A DNA stretch of 63,248 bases, filler included, from Reticulomyxa filosa (GCA_000512085.1; 21 parts of 21 records of this genome joined end to end with filler, not necessarily neighbours in it), one strand, 5' to 3'. Positions 23,122 through 37,068 are shown, counted from the first letter of the whole stretch. The notes: a model not told the origin generated them from the letters alone. A program made the numbers and translations.

Positions 23122-25476
23122 ATGTATTCACAACGTAATGTATTAAAGCACTCATTGAGCCGATTTCGCACTGTGCGTTCTGATAGCTTGTTGCAATCTT
23201 CTCTTCTCCCTTGCGTTTCAACAGGAAGCGTATTTCAACAGTCGAAGCACCACTTTGCAAAAACAACCTTTGGTAACCTGAAAGACGAGGATAGAATATT
23301 TACCAACATCTACCGTGATGGAGATCCTTTCATCGAAGGAGCACTGAAAAGAGTTTAGAGAGAGGAGCAAAAAGAGAGAAGTGAGGGCTGGAAATGTCCG
23401 AGCGTATGTTGTTAAAAAGAAACTAAATGAAGTCCAAAGTCTCAACTAAAACAAAATCTTTGCTAACAAAAAAAAAAAAAAAAGGGTGATTGGTATCGAA
23501 CAAAGGATATCTTAGGTATGGGTAGAGATTGGATAATCAACGAAATGAAAAAATCTGGCTTGCGTGGTCGAGGTGGTGCAGGATTTCCAAGTGGTTTAAA
23601 GTGGTCATTTATGCCCAAAAAATCGGATGGTTATTTTTTTTATGAGTTTTTTTTTTTAAGAAAAAATTATCTCTGTGTCCCCCCTCCCCCCTCTCTTCCC
23701 CTTTGTCTCTTTCCTACAATATGAAAAATAATGGAATATAACAACATAATTAGTTAGAAGAACACACAAATGGATTCCAATGCAATAGCAATAACAAAAA
23801 CAACGAATGTACATAGGAAGACCACATTACTTGGTCGTGAATGCAGATGAATCCGAACCAGGAACGTGCAAAGACCGAGAAATATTGCGACATGATCCAC
23901 ATAAACTGGTGGAGGGTTGTTTGCTCGCCGGCTTCGCGATGGGCGCGAACGCAGGGTACATTTACTGTCGTGGCGAGTTTTGGTATGAAATCATACAATT
24001 GCAGCGAGCTGTGGACGAGGCATATGCCAAAGGCTTCTTGGGAAAAAATGCTTGCGGCAGTGGTTGGAATTTTGATTTATATGTTCACCGAGGTGTGTTT
24101 CATTTGGAAATTGACTGCATATTCATATTTTGTTTCTTTGTTTGTCCTTTTTTTTTAAGGAATGTAGTCAAAAGAGGGAGGAGTTATGAAGAAAGAGAAA
24201 AGGGAAGACAAAAAAAAAAAAAAGGGGGACATCAACAACAAAAAAAAAACTATGAGTGGTCAAAAGTGTTGATGTTAATATAAAAATACAATTTTTTTTT
24301 TTTTTTGTAAAAAAACAAAAAAAAGGTGCTGGAGCATACATTTGCGGTGAAGAAACTGGATTGATAGAATCGCTGGAAGGAAAACAAGGCAAACCGAGAT
24401 TAAAACCACCATTCCCAGCCAATGTCGGATTGTACGGATGTCCAACAACAGTAACGAATGTCGAAACGGTGGCGGTGTCACCGACCATTTGCCGACGAGG
24501 AGCTGACTGGTTTGCGTCGTTTGGAAGACAGAACAACAGCGGAACGAAATTGTTTGGAATTTCAGGTTCCGTAAATAACCCTTGCGTGATTGAAGAGGAA
24601 ATGTCAATACCTTTGCGCGAATTAATTGAAAGACATTGCGGTGGTGTCATCGGTGGCTGGGATAATCTATTGGCAATCATCCCCGGTGGATCGTCTGTTC
24701 CTTTGCTTCCACGAAATATTTGTGATGATGTGCTGATGGACTTTGATGCTTTGATGAAAGTCAAGTCCGGCTTGGGAACAGCTGCCGTCATTGTCATGAA
24801 TAAACAAGTGGATATCGTCCGAGCCATTTCCCGATTGTCGTCTTTTTACAGACATGAGTCTTGTGGACAATGTACTCCTTGTCGTGAAGGCGCTCGTTGG
24901 TTGAGTGAAATCATGAAACGCATGGAAAAAGGTGATGCCGATTACGGTGAAATTACCATGTTGCTTGAATTGACCAGACAAATTGAAGGACACACCATCT
25001 GTGCTTTGGGAGATGCCGCTGCATGGCCAGTCCAAGTATGTGTTTTTTTATATACATACATATGTATATATGTATTTTTTTTTTTTTTTTGGCTGACATT
25101 GTTGCAAATTTGCAAACTTCATTTCTAATTCTATTTTGTATTATTCATCCCGACTTGCAACATTTACTTTGGATCAAATCAATTTACACTCTACTGCCAG
25201 GGATTGATTCGACACTTCCGTCACGAATTAGTCGCCAGAATCGATGCAGGCAAAGAACGAAAGAGACAATCACACGGAGACTTCTCTGGACCCTTGCCAT
25301 CCAAGGAATTCATGAATATCGCTGCTGAAAATATTGATGTGAAAGGAGTATACAAGGGATGGGAAACTGATCCGGACAGTCATCCCAAAGTTCCTGACGT
25401 GGCAAAACAATGGTTACAAAGAAAGGCTAAAGGATTGAAAAACAATACTTGGGATGTTGCACCCAAAACAAGTTAG
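23122..25476 (+). CDS. NDUFV1: NADH:ubiquinone oxidoreductase 51-kDa flavoprotein subunit; exons 23122-23352, 23485-23629, 23817-24092, 24326-25035, 25201-25476
   Basis: [74 protein letters not shown]; N-terminal transit-like peptide; all introns GT-AG and frame-consistent. Confidence 0.98.
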
Positions 25477-25909
25477 CCCACAATTTTTTTTTTCCCCCCT
25501 CTCTCTCTTTGAGCATTGATTACAATCTTGCAGCAGCATCACAACCTCTTGCTTATATTCCACTTTGTACACAAACCTATTTTGGTTTTTCCCTCCTTCC
25601 TTGCCCTTTTGGCCGCTAAGGTTTAATTTACTTGAAAGGGCGCATTTTGGTTTTGCATGCCTTCACTGTGGTTTCAACAATGCTCTCACTGATTGAATAA
25701 CATATCCGAATCTTTTTCGTTGTTTGTTTTTTATCATTTGCGGGTCTTTAATAAAACGAAAATATAACTCTGAGCCAATGTAAATTTTTTTTTTTCGATC
25801 TTGTGTAATTCTTTGGACGTGGCTGTTCAAAGAAATACAATAAGTCAAAGATCGGCCGAACAAAAAAATAAGAGTTCCTTTTTTAAAAAAACAAAAATCT
25901 TTTGTTAAA

Positions 25910-26663
25910 ATGCAGGAGAAGATTATCATAACCAGCTATAATAGTGATGCAAATGATGGGATTAAAGTCAGTCATAGCTCTGAATTGACCAATAATCAAA
26001 TAAATAATTTTCACGACGAGAATCAACCAATGCAAACAAATTCCAACACAACGATGCAAGAAGTTTTACCAGAAAACAAAAACAAAGATTTTTTTTATCT
26101 GAAAGCACACCCTATTGAAATTATTTTTGAGAAGCAATTTCTTTGGTGAAAGCGGAGTAAAAAAAGAAAAAAAAAAAAGACAGGAAAATCGTCTCAAAGA
26201 CTTTATGCGTTGAAGCGAATGAATATGACCAAGCCACAAGAGCTGTTTGTTTCATTTGTGTACACATATATGTATATGTTTTTATCATCCATAAAAAAAA
26301 AAAAAAATGTTGGCGTATGCAAATGGAATGTGAAAAAGAAATCCACGATTATCAGTAGACGCATCAGCAATATCAGGAACGAGTAATCGCTGCAGCAGTG
26401 GAACAAAGAGTCGAGCACAGATAATGAATGGATCGGAAAAGAAGAGACATTCGTATGTGCCTGACTTGAGCCAATTGGAACAAGAAAGGAAAGAGTACAT
26501 AGTTCGAGAAAAGGCAATCCATCGAAAAGTGATGCAAGAAGCTATCGAAGTATTAGTCTCGGACCAACCCGAGCAAGGTCAGCTCGTTCATTCATATCGT
26601 AAAAAGAAAGTGGTGGGATCTGTCATTTCGATACATGGTCCAGAGGACGATAATGAACGTGAC
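25910..26663 (+). CDS. Hypothetical protein, 5' exons
   Basis: ORFs 25910-26149 and 26424 to contig end, separated by intron-like DNA. Confidence 0.35.
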
Positions 26664-27597
26664 NNNNNNNNNNNNNNNNNNNNNNNNNNNNNNNNNNNNN
26701 NNNNNNNTTAATTAATTAANNNNNNNNNNNNNNNNNNNNNNNNNNNNNNNNNNNNNNNNNNNNCTTTATCACAGATAAATTATTGAAGTTTCACTAGGTA
26801 GGACAAGCCTTTAACCTTTTCTCTTAAATCTATTTTCTATGAAAAATAAAAAGTAAGCTAATTTTTTAAATACTATCACAACATTTTTATTTATTTATAT
26901 TTATTTTTATTGTTTTTTTTTCCCATTGTATTTATTTTTAGTGCTATTTCAATTTAAAATCGTTTTTCAAAGATCAAAATTTGTATTGCAATTTTTTAAA
27001 TAAAATTCGCGTTTTAATTCTTTGAACATTTTAAGCACGTGTTGAACACGTCTGTAGAATCAAAAATGGAAACTGCTTAGACATACAAAACGCAAAAACA
27101 AAAAACATTAATATGCAAAACCTTTTAAGGATAATCAAAAATATAGCACAAAAATAAAAAGAGCTAAAAAATTTTTAAAAGCAAAAAGTTCAATAGAGAC
27201 ACTAAATATTAAATTTGATTTTTAGAAAAATGGACAATCTCATAAAATGATTTGTGCAGTTGTGGATTATATTTGTAGTAGTGTATTTTTTTACGAGCAA
27301 TGAATTAAAAATTTTTTTGTTGTACTCTGTTTGTTCTTTTTTATGCTTTTGCATTTTGTTCATATTCTGCTTTTAATCAAAATTAACTTTTGTCTTTTGG
27401 AACTCGAAGATTGTTATATGATCTCTTTGATGGCAATTTAAAAAGATAAGTCATTTTTTTTGATTAGACAATAGCTTTGACAATTTCAAATCAAATGATT
27501 GTGAAAGAAATTCTCAGAGCATATATATTAATTAATGAAAAAAAGTTGTTTCATTTAATCACTCATATGATCAAACAGACAAATATTTTTATTGCTG

Positions 27598-28879
27598 CTA
27601 TCCCCAAATATGTATTTGACCACTGTTCGAACCATAACACAAATTAGCATTACAACCACTATCACAATTACTTTTTCTGTTCTTTTTTAATTGTATGAAT
27701 TTAATACATTTTATTCCATCATCTTCTTTGTCATATCTTTTCATAACATATAATTCCTTCTTGCTTGACCGAATATCCCAAAAACGAATTGTATTATCTA
27801 ATGATCCAGAACATATTACATTTGAACTACCACCAACTTTGACATTATTTACTATAAATGGCGAATATTCAACAGCAGTCACAATATTTTTATGTCCATT
27901 GAACACTTGAATTTGTCTACTAGATCGAATATCCCACAAACGAACACTATTATCATCTGATCCAGATAATATTGTATTTGCACCATAATTAATTCCTAAT
28001 TCATTTGGCCCATATTTTACATCACTAATCCAATTTTCATGCCCTTTGAAAACCATGAATTGTTTGACTGTTTCAATATCCCACATACAAATAGTTGTAT
28101 CATATGATCCAGAACAAATTGTATATCCATTTCCACCAATCACGCCAATACTGTTATTTTCATTATTATTATCGCTATTGCTTTGCAATGGCGAAATATC
28201 CACACAAGTAACAGTATTTTTATGTCTATTGAAAACATGTAATAATTTTGCTGCTTCAACATCCCACAAGCAAATAGTTTTATCAAATGATCCAGAGCAC
28301 AAATATCTACCACTATTAAATGGTGAAAATTTAATACTACAAACACCATCAGCATGTCCTTTGAATAATTGAAATTGCTGACTATTTTTGATATCCCAAA
28401 AACGAATAGTTTTATCTTCTGATGAAGAACAGATGACAGTTTGACGATAATTATGATAATGATATGATGAAAATTTTACACAATAAACCCACCATGAATG
28501 CCCATTGAATAATTGAATTTGTTCATTAGCATCTACATCCCATACACGAACTGTTTTATCTAATGATCCAGAGCAAATGAATTGACAATTATCTAATGTG
28601 ATGCAATCAATACTCCGAATATTGCCAGTGTGTCCAGTAAAAGTTTTTAGTAATTTAGATGATGAACGAAAAACGTCAAAATTGAAGAAATTAGTTGACT
28701 GTAAATTGTACATAATAAAAACTAAATCGAATAAAACAAAAAACAAATAAACTTACGTATTCAGCAACAAGTTTGTTGAAATCATGGATCCATCCTAATT
28801 TAATTTTTAATATTCGAATCCAATGTTGAATAATTTTTTTAGTCTTATCTTCTTCTGACTGGTCCAAATCACACAACAT
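27598..28879 (-). CDS. WD40-repeat protein of an expanded family, with N-terminal IQxWIRIxxIKLGWIxDF module (intron 28699-28756)
   Basis: Seven GH...SGSxDxTxRxWD-type repeats; short first exon EEDKTKKIIQHWIRILKIKLGWIHDFNKLVAEY. Confidence 0.95.
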
Positions 28880-30714
28880 AAAACCTAAAGGTAACTAGCG
28901 TCTGTAAAGATTGGAAAAAAGCTTACTAATGACAGTTGTGTCGACATTCTTTTTTGTTTATTCTATTAAAACTTAGATGATATAAGATGAACTTTATCTC
29001 AAAATTAACGAAGGGACTGTCAAAAAAAATTTGACAATACAAATTGGACAGCAACGATTTTTTTCAGTAAAAAGAAGACAATTGTCAGAGTTTTACACAG
29101 TACGTATGTTACAAATTAATTCAATACAAAATATTTTAAACAAAAACTTTTGAAGATAATTCAAAAAACGTGAAATAAAACGTAATTGCTACATTCATAA
29201 TAATCAATATATTTCAATCAAATCCATAAAGAAAAGGTTAATGAAAACTCACCAAATTTTAAAATACATTACTTTATATAAAGTCGTTACTTCCTATGTT
29301 CAAAGAAAAGATATACAAATATTACCGATTGCATACTTTGTACTTTAAATACTGTTTTCATGTTTTTGCGTCAAGTAATTCAAAATATTTTTGTCATAAT
29401 TTTCATCATATGTTGCGCAAGTTCTCTTAAATGTTATTAAAACATGCATTTTATTCATATTCATAATGCCAAAGTCCATTCTTTTCTTTGTGTGGAACAT
29501 ACTCACACATACATATGTATATTTACAATTTGTGATTTGTAATTTAAAAAAAGCATAGTCATGTTACAAAGCACATAAGCTAGTTCAATTATTGATATTA
29601 CTGAAGTATAATATATTGTGCAATCATAAACTGATTTGAATGTAATTACTGGATTCTATAATAATCTGATATTAGATAAAATTAATTATGTTCTTTATTC
29701 TGAATTTCTTTGCAAATTTAATTATATTGTGATCAAATATGAAAAAACAACTTTTGACAAATAAGTTAGCATGTGTTATGTTCTTTAGTTGTTGACTAAT
29801 TGCAAATATTATATAAAATATCAATATATTAGCAAATCTAATTTCATTTATTCAAGTTAATTTCATATATCTTTTATAAAAACATTAATATTAAAATAAA
29901 GATATATTGTAAACTTGTGTTATAATTAAATTTCTTTTCATAAAAAACTTACTAAATCATTATGTTAATCACACAAACATAACTATCATTAAATTGTTAA
30001 TTTTGATATTACCACTATAATGACAATTTTATCAATTATTTGACTATCTAAATTATTATTCGTTCTCACATTAACTGGAACAAATATTTGAACATTGTCT
30101 TCGACGTAATATTTATTGACTTTACTCTATGTTGCAATTTTCTGTTTATATCTTATTCTATGTTTTTATTAGCGATCAAGTGTCTTCGTTGCTAATATGT
30201 GCTAAAATACTATTGTTATTGCTTCGTTTCCTAGCTATACAGCAAGCACACGTTACAATGACATTTTCTGTTTTGTTTTTTTGCAATAATCGTTCATCAA
30301 TTCTTTAATTTAATAATAATTTTTAAAGAATTTTTTCTTGAACACTTAGAATGACTGTTTGATACACTTTATACCAAATAAAATTGTTCAAGCTTTTCAA
30401 AGATAATAATTTTTACAACTGAATGTTGCCCAAAGAAAAGTTTTTTATTTATTTATTTTTTACAAGAACAAAAAATCAGACTTGCTCTTGTTGATTTGAT
30501 CCGTTTTGTGATTGATTTGATTAGGTTTGTTTTAAATGTGCAATATATATTATATATTTGTAATGTGATTAAAATTTGACTAATTTTTTTGGTCCATGAT
30601 TCTCAAAAAAAGTTATTGCAGTACCGGACGGAATGAAAACTAACAAGAAAAAAAAAAGATAAGAAAAAAATAAACACAAAAAAAAACAACAACAAAAAAA
30701 AGGGAAAAGAATGT

Positions 30715-31305
30715 TTACCACCACTCCCACCAAAATTGAGGGGTTCGAATACTTGCACCTGTTTTCGTAGGTTCGTTTTGAGTAGCAATTCCATTCAAAT
30801 CGCTCGAAATATTTTCTCTCAAAACTGTTAATTGTTGATCTAATTTATTCCACAATTCCTGAGAGCTCATAATTTGAACACCATTGCTTTCGTTACTTCG
30901 ATTGCGTGTTTGAGATTGTTGTAATTTCGGATGAGCATTTTCATCACTCGACAGCGCATCATTCAAGTGTTGTTGGCTCAGTTGTGTCAACTGATCGGTA
31001 TTACTCGATATCACGTCTTTCACACCAATGACATCACGCAGTATTTGTGAAGATAGCGCAAGGATTTCATTCGAGTTCGCAACGGCACTGTTTTGTTCCG
31101 TGTCACATTCCTTTTCTTTTTCATTGTCATTATCTGACGGTTCTTCATCTAGCGTTTCTAATCCATGTATTTGTCCATTTTTATCCCCATGTTTCTCTCG
31201 TGTGTCGACTTGCATTCTATCTTCTAACTTACTGCACACCGACTCGGACACTTTCTCAACAATCAAGTCCATGGTTTCTTCCCAATGAAGTCGACCATAT
31301 TCTGC

Positions 31306-31337
<32 letters not shown>

Positions 31338-32417
31338 TGTATATGTATATATATGTATATGTATATAAACTACGTATACCTTATCATATGAATAAATATT
31401 GATTGACAATACCTTTTGTACTTTTCCCACGTGGCAACAATTTGTGCCTCCCCCCTTCCATGCCGGTGCTAGATTGTCGATCAAGTAAGTGACTAGGAGG
31501 CGACTGTGTATTGTGCAAACGGAGGAAATTGGCAGTCTTTTGTTTGCGCAATTGGTGATACATCTGATTCAATCTCTCCCGGTTTGACATGCCAGAGGCA
31601 TTGATCGGTCGAATCAAAGACATCATACTGTCGGTCGCAGCGACGCCGGTGACAGTCGATGGAATGTTCGAATTCGAAAAGGTCCAATTTTCGTCGTGCA
31701 GGTCCACATCGCTGGCACCCCCACTGTCCGAAATCACGCTTCGCGCTTGTCGACGTGTGGGAATCATATCTTCGAAATTGTTCTCGTGTCCAGCAATGCC
31801 GTTTTTCACTGATTTGCCCATTGCAAACGTAACCACCGACTTTTGGGTCTGATTTTGAGTTTCCATTTGCAAAGGTTGGATTTGTTTGTCAATCGTATAT
31901 GCGGTGTCACTACGGCCGCGAGAAGCAGGTGGCGACGATGGTCGACAATATTCTATACCAAAAAAAAAAAAGTCGTACCCCCCCCCCCCCCCCCCAAAAA
32001 AAAAAATATATATATATATCTGTGAATAACACCACGTAAAAAAAAAAAAAAAAAACTAATTTGCTCATTATGAAAAAAAAAAAACCGGTACAAATCAGTG
32101 ATGGAAGAATACCCAGCGAGTTGTGCGTGGAGTTCGTCAATCTGACGCTGCGAAGTGATAAGATCATTCATGTACGAGTGATTGAGCCTTTGCAAGGAAG
32201 AGAGCTCGCCTTCAAGCCTTTTGTTGTTGTTTCGCAAGGTTTCAATGGTTTGGACGTGGGCTTGGAGCTCGATTGATAGCTTGGTATTTTCACGGTTCAA
32301 CTTGGCTGTTGTCCCGTTTTGGACGCGGCTCGTTTCCATTAGGTTTGCTATCAATGCCTTTGCCTCATTCAATTCTTGGTCCACTTGGATCAAATGACTC
32401 TCCATTTCATTTCTCAT
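30715..32417 (-). CDS. Multi-exon coiled-coil/low-complexity hypothetical protein, 5' truncated
   Basis: Three collinear minus-strand ORFs separated by microsatellite-rich introns. Confidence 0.6.
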
Positions 32418-32481
32418 TTGCTAGAAGACACACACACACACATACATATAATATATATATACGTATATACATGTATACATA

Positions 32482-32484
<3 letters not shown>

Positions 32485-32526
<42 letters not shown>
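32485..32526. repeat. (TA)n microsatellite at contig end
   Basis: Seen directly in the sequence. Confidence 0.95.
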
Positions 32527-32633
32527 NNNNNNNNNNNNNNNNNNNNNNNNNNNNNNNNNNNNNNNNNNNNTTAATTAATTAANNNNNNNNNNNNNNNNNN
32601 NNNNNNNNNNNNNNNNNNNNNNNNNNAAAACAA

Positions 32634-32671
<38 letters not shown>

Positions 32672-33822
32672 AAACTTGTAAAGTACTTCCGTATTGAGCC
32701 GCCATTGCCGGGTCACTTGACTCAACGTTCGAAATTTTGGTTTGTAACTTGCCTTTTAGGCTTGAATTCTTTTGTCGTACTTTTTTTATCACTTGTTCCT
32801 TTTTTTAAAAAAAAATGACAGCCATTCATATACACCTTCTTTTTGTTTATGTAAAATGTACGTTTCCAAAAAGGTATTTTTTTTTTGGCACTTGTACATA
32901 TGTGTAATTATTGTCGTGCTGAATCAAATATTGTGTGACATAAACATTTTTTTAATGTATTACATAAAATTGATTGGTTTTTAGTAAAATCACAATTTCG
33001 TCTGATAGGTCACATCTTTGCGAAAACACTTTTGTTTATTATTACAGCAAAAAACAACACAAAAAATTGGCTTATCATTTGTCGCTGTCCAAACAGTATA
33101 TGAAATAGCAAAGATTGATAACATGACACAAGAAGCCGCTCTTGGTTGGCGTCTGATTGGGATAATGCTTTTATGAGCGCCTTTAGTTTTGATTGGCTAC
33201 CTATTACAACAAAAACGTGTTTTTGGACGTGTACATGTCATTAGGGAAAAAACTATAATGAAATTTGTCACAAACAAAGCAGATAATCCTCTGTTGAGCA
33301 TTAACTGGCTGCAGACATGCTTTATTTTTCTCTTCTCTACTTAGAAGTTTTTGTAACATGTACAAAAATTCTCTGCCAAAGTCCAGAAAAGTCTTTTTTG
33401 TTGCATGTTTTGCATCCGTCTCCAAAAAGCTGAACAACAAAGCAAAACCATTCCGAAAATACAAATCTTAAAATGTGATTCGAACACAAAGACAACAAAA
33501 GAAGCCAGAAGAACTATTTTTTTTTCCTGCATATATTATGTGCACCTTGCCTTTCCTTATCTCGCATTGGCTTTTGAAAAACTAGCATTGACTGTTTTTA
33601 AGAATGGAGCATGTTTTTCCAAAGATTTTTTTTGTCGTACGTTAAGGGACAAGATTGAACTTTTCAGTCATTTTACTGAAATTACGTATTTGTGAGAAAA
33701 TTCACAAGCATTCTTTGCAGAATAAATGAGTTGATAATGCTTTTGCATTCTCTTTTTTTTTTGCTAAAAACGAAGTCAGCAACGATTTTTTTAACAATAA
33801 AACAAAACAAAAAAAAAATCAG

Positions 33823-34707
33823 GCAAAAAACGAGAAAACGATCGTCATAGCGGGACAGGCCAAGCAATCAATGACAACACAAAGCGTGGTGGTGGCGGAG
33901 CACACAACTGGGGAGACGCTGCTGAACAAATACATGATGCAGTGGAAAAACGTGCGGAAGAGGAAGCAACAGTCCCAAAAGGAGACGACGCCAAGGCACC
34001 AAAAAAGATGAATTAGACCCACAAAACTATGGTGAATTATCAACGGAAAAAAAGATTTGGATGTGTCGTATAAAGAATTCATGAAAAAAATCAAAAAACG
34101 GAGAAGAAAGCATATGATACAAGAACGGTGACCAACCATTCCTTGACCGCAGATCGTTATAAAGGAAAAATGAGTATGAACGGGCAACGGATGAATTATT
34201 ACAAGGCGCCCAACAAGAAAAAAAGAAAAGAAAGAAACAAAAAAAACAACAACAAGTGATTAAACCTCAATTTTCCTTTCCCTCTGCCAGGTATTATGTT
34301 GATGTCATCACTGTTGTCTTATTTTCTTAAATTTTTTTTTTTTTTGTAAAAAAATTATCTCTCGCGGAATTTCGAATCTTTTTAAAATTGTTAAAAAAAG
34401 TGGTCGACCTGAACGTGACTCTTATCGTGACGATCGTGGAGGACGTGGAAGAGGTGGTGATAGAGAGAGAGGAGGTGGCTTTGGACGAGGAAGTGGCCGT
34501 GGATTTGGCGACAGTCGTGGTGGATTTGGTAGCCGTGGTCGTGGTCGTCGTAATGATGATTCTGCTGAATTTGACAATAGATCTGGCGCTCCTCAACCAC
34601 ACAGACCACAGCCTCAGTATCGGCTTAAAAACGATGGCAATAATGCCGCTGCCTCCGGCCAACAACATGATCAAAGCTTACATCCACAAGCACCAACAAA
34701 TACATAA
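33823..34707 (+). CDS. SERBP1/HABP4/Stm1-family RGG RNA-binding protein (frameshifted in this assembly; missed by the ORF track)
   Basis: KRENDRHSGTG...KRGGGGAHNWG signature; last exon RGGRGRGGDRERGGGFGRG...; at least three single-base shifts in A-runs; start exon not identified. Confidence 0.8.
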
Positions 34708-35192
34708 ACCATTGAATCTTTAATTTTGAAGTGCTTTTGGTGTGCCCTGTGGTTTGTTTTCTTATCTTACTGCGATCAAAAATGAATTTATAGTAATAAA
34801 AAAGAAAATTTTTTTTTGGTTTCCTGTCAAGTCTTGAGGAATAATTGAAATAATAGACTTATGTGAGAACTTTGCAACCCATTCACCATTTGAACAAAGT
34901 ATTTTTATTTGACTAACTTAATAATTTTTTTTAATGCACCTTGTCCGACGTTAAACGTCTAAGGAATAACGAAACGAATAATACAAAAGCATTTGCTCTA
35001 AAGAAAGAAAAATTTTATTGTTCATTAATCTTTTCCACAAAATCAAAAGTTAGAAACTACACCGTTTTACATTTGTCATGCTATCTAAGCAACCAAATGT
35101 GGAATTTGTAATAAAAAACAGCTGGTACGAGACATCTTACATGTACAAGAAAAAATTTTTGCAAGTATTCTAAAACAACAAGATGCAGTTTT

Positions 35193-36238
35193 TTACGTTC
35201 TAATATACTTCATGACAATTTTGTCAAAATCATCGATCCATCCTAATTTTATTTCTGAAATTCGAATCCAATATTGAATTGCAAATTTTATTTCTTTTTT
35301 TAACTGTTGATATTATTTATTAATTAGTTTCATGTAGCGCAAATTTATTAATTTTTGAGAAAAAAAAAGATCATTACCAACAGTGAAGGATCCCATATAC
35401 GCACTTTTATCTTCATATGAGTTGATAATATGTTATTTTTATTTCGTCCTCCAATAATGTGTATATAAGTGTTATTTTCATTCAGTACTGCAATACAATT
35501 ATACAATGGACTGGGTAAAGTATTTTCAAATGTCGCCATTTGTTTTGCGAATTGAATATTTATGTACACATTTTGAAACAACGTGTTCACTACTATTCCA
35601 TCCACCAAAGAACAAGATGATATCATTAATATACACACACGCATAATTGCTGAGTTTTGCAATATCATCACAAACAAATAGTGGACGAAATTGAAAATTA
35701 TTGTTATACTCATAATATTTAATTGATAATCCTGTATTTTGATAAAACAACAGCATTTGATAATTTTGTTTATTTGTTTTCATCATTTCTTGTCCTTGTC
35801 CATTTTCTGAATTTAATACAAAGCAATGATGACGAATACGATTATTAACTGGTAGAGTATCATGCTTAATAAATTGAAGTGTATTTAAATCAAGCACACT
35901 AATATTATTTGGATAATGAGTGATAAATAACAAATTATTGTTACTTCCACCAATCACTGTACGCATTTCACGATAATAAGGTATGATAATTGGATGATTG
36001 TGATTGTCTGTGACAGGAATCCACTCATTGTAATTGCTTGATTTTTTATTATATGATAAGAGTAACAAGCATTTTTTGATTGACTTCCACAAATGAGGAT
36101 TTCGTGTTTGTGTACAACACATTGAGATTTATAAAGTAAAGTGGGCAACTCCTTCAAAGTTTGAAAGGAGTCAATAAGATATTGATTTTGCTTAGTTTCT
36201 CTTTCAGAAAGTTTTTGTGTTGTAGTTCGATTACCCAT
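35193..36238 (-). pseudogene. Kelch-like beta-propeller gene (frameshifted/deleted) with C-terminal IQxWIRIxxIKLGWIxDF module
   Basis: FQTLKELPT..SQCVVHKHEILICG, VIGGSNNNLLFIT, ILFFGGWN, YIHIIGG; last exon 35193-35303 LKKEIKFAIQYWIRISEIKLGWIDDFDKIVMKYIRT*; two frame changes. Confidence 0.8.
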
Positions 36239-37068
36239 GTCGTTAATGTTGCTGAAGTTTTTTAAGTAGTTTTTTAACTTTTTTCTAAAGAGAACATGAT
36301 ATGAACAACAGAAAAGGTATTTTACATAACAATAAATTATTCAAATTAGGACTAAGATTTGCAAAATTCAAAAGTTAAATTAACATCTTTTTTTGTTTTG
36401 TAAGAACTGAGTCGAATTTTTTTTTTTTATCCAGTGATTTAGAATATATTACATTTGAACTTCGATACTACTTGTTACAAATGGTAATTGCAATGAATAA
36501 AAAACAAACAAAAAGCAATGCAGTACTTCTTTTTCCTCAAAAAGGGTTCAAACAAGCTCATTTTCATTGATACTATTAATTTTCAACAAGAATTGGAACA
36601 TGTATTTATATGTAATGAAAAATCAAAGATGAACAAAGAAGGTGTTCATGAATTCTTGATTAATTTAATTGCTAATCATAAACTTTAAAAAACCAATATG
36701 GTACATTAATGATAATGTCAGGACATAGTGACAACTGAAATGTTTTGGTAACAAGTTAATATAATTTTTTCCAATTGATAAAATTCGCTCATTATTTGGT
36801 TGCTAATTTCATTATTTAACAAATGTATGAATTAATATTTAATTTGAAAAAAAGTATTGTCAATTATGTTATCAATTGTAGTTAAAATGTTTGATATGTT
36901 CATGCTTGATCCATTTTGTTAATTTATATCAATCAAGTTTTTGAATTTATTACAATTTTTGTAAAATTGAAATATGGTCTTCAATCTATTCGAATTTAAT
37001 AGTTTTTTTCATCAATCGATTTTAAAAAAAATAAATTAGTTCTCTTTTTACAAAATTTGTCAATGTAT

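Noticed and set aside
4921-25476. Alternative genetic code to explain in-frame stops
   Set aside because: Conserved genes end in TGA (carrier), TAA (DnaJ) and TAG (NDUFV1) and have no internal stops.
28950-30600. Long AT-rich ORF-free stretch as ncRNA or hidden element
   Set aside because: No repeat, hairpin or recognisable relic that I could support by eye.
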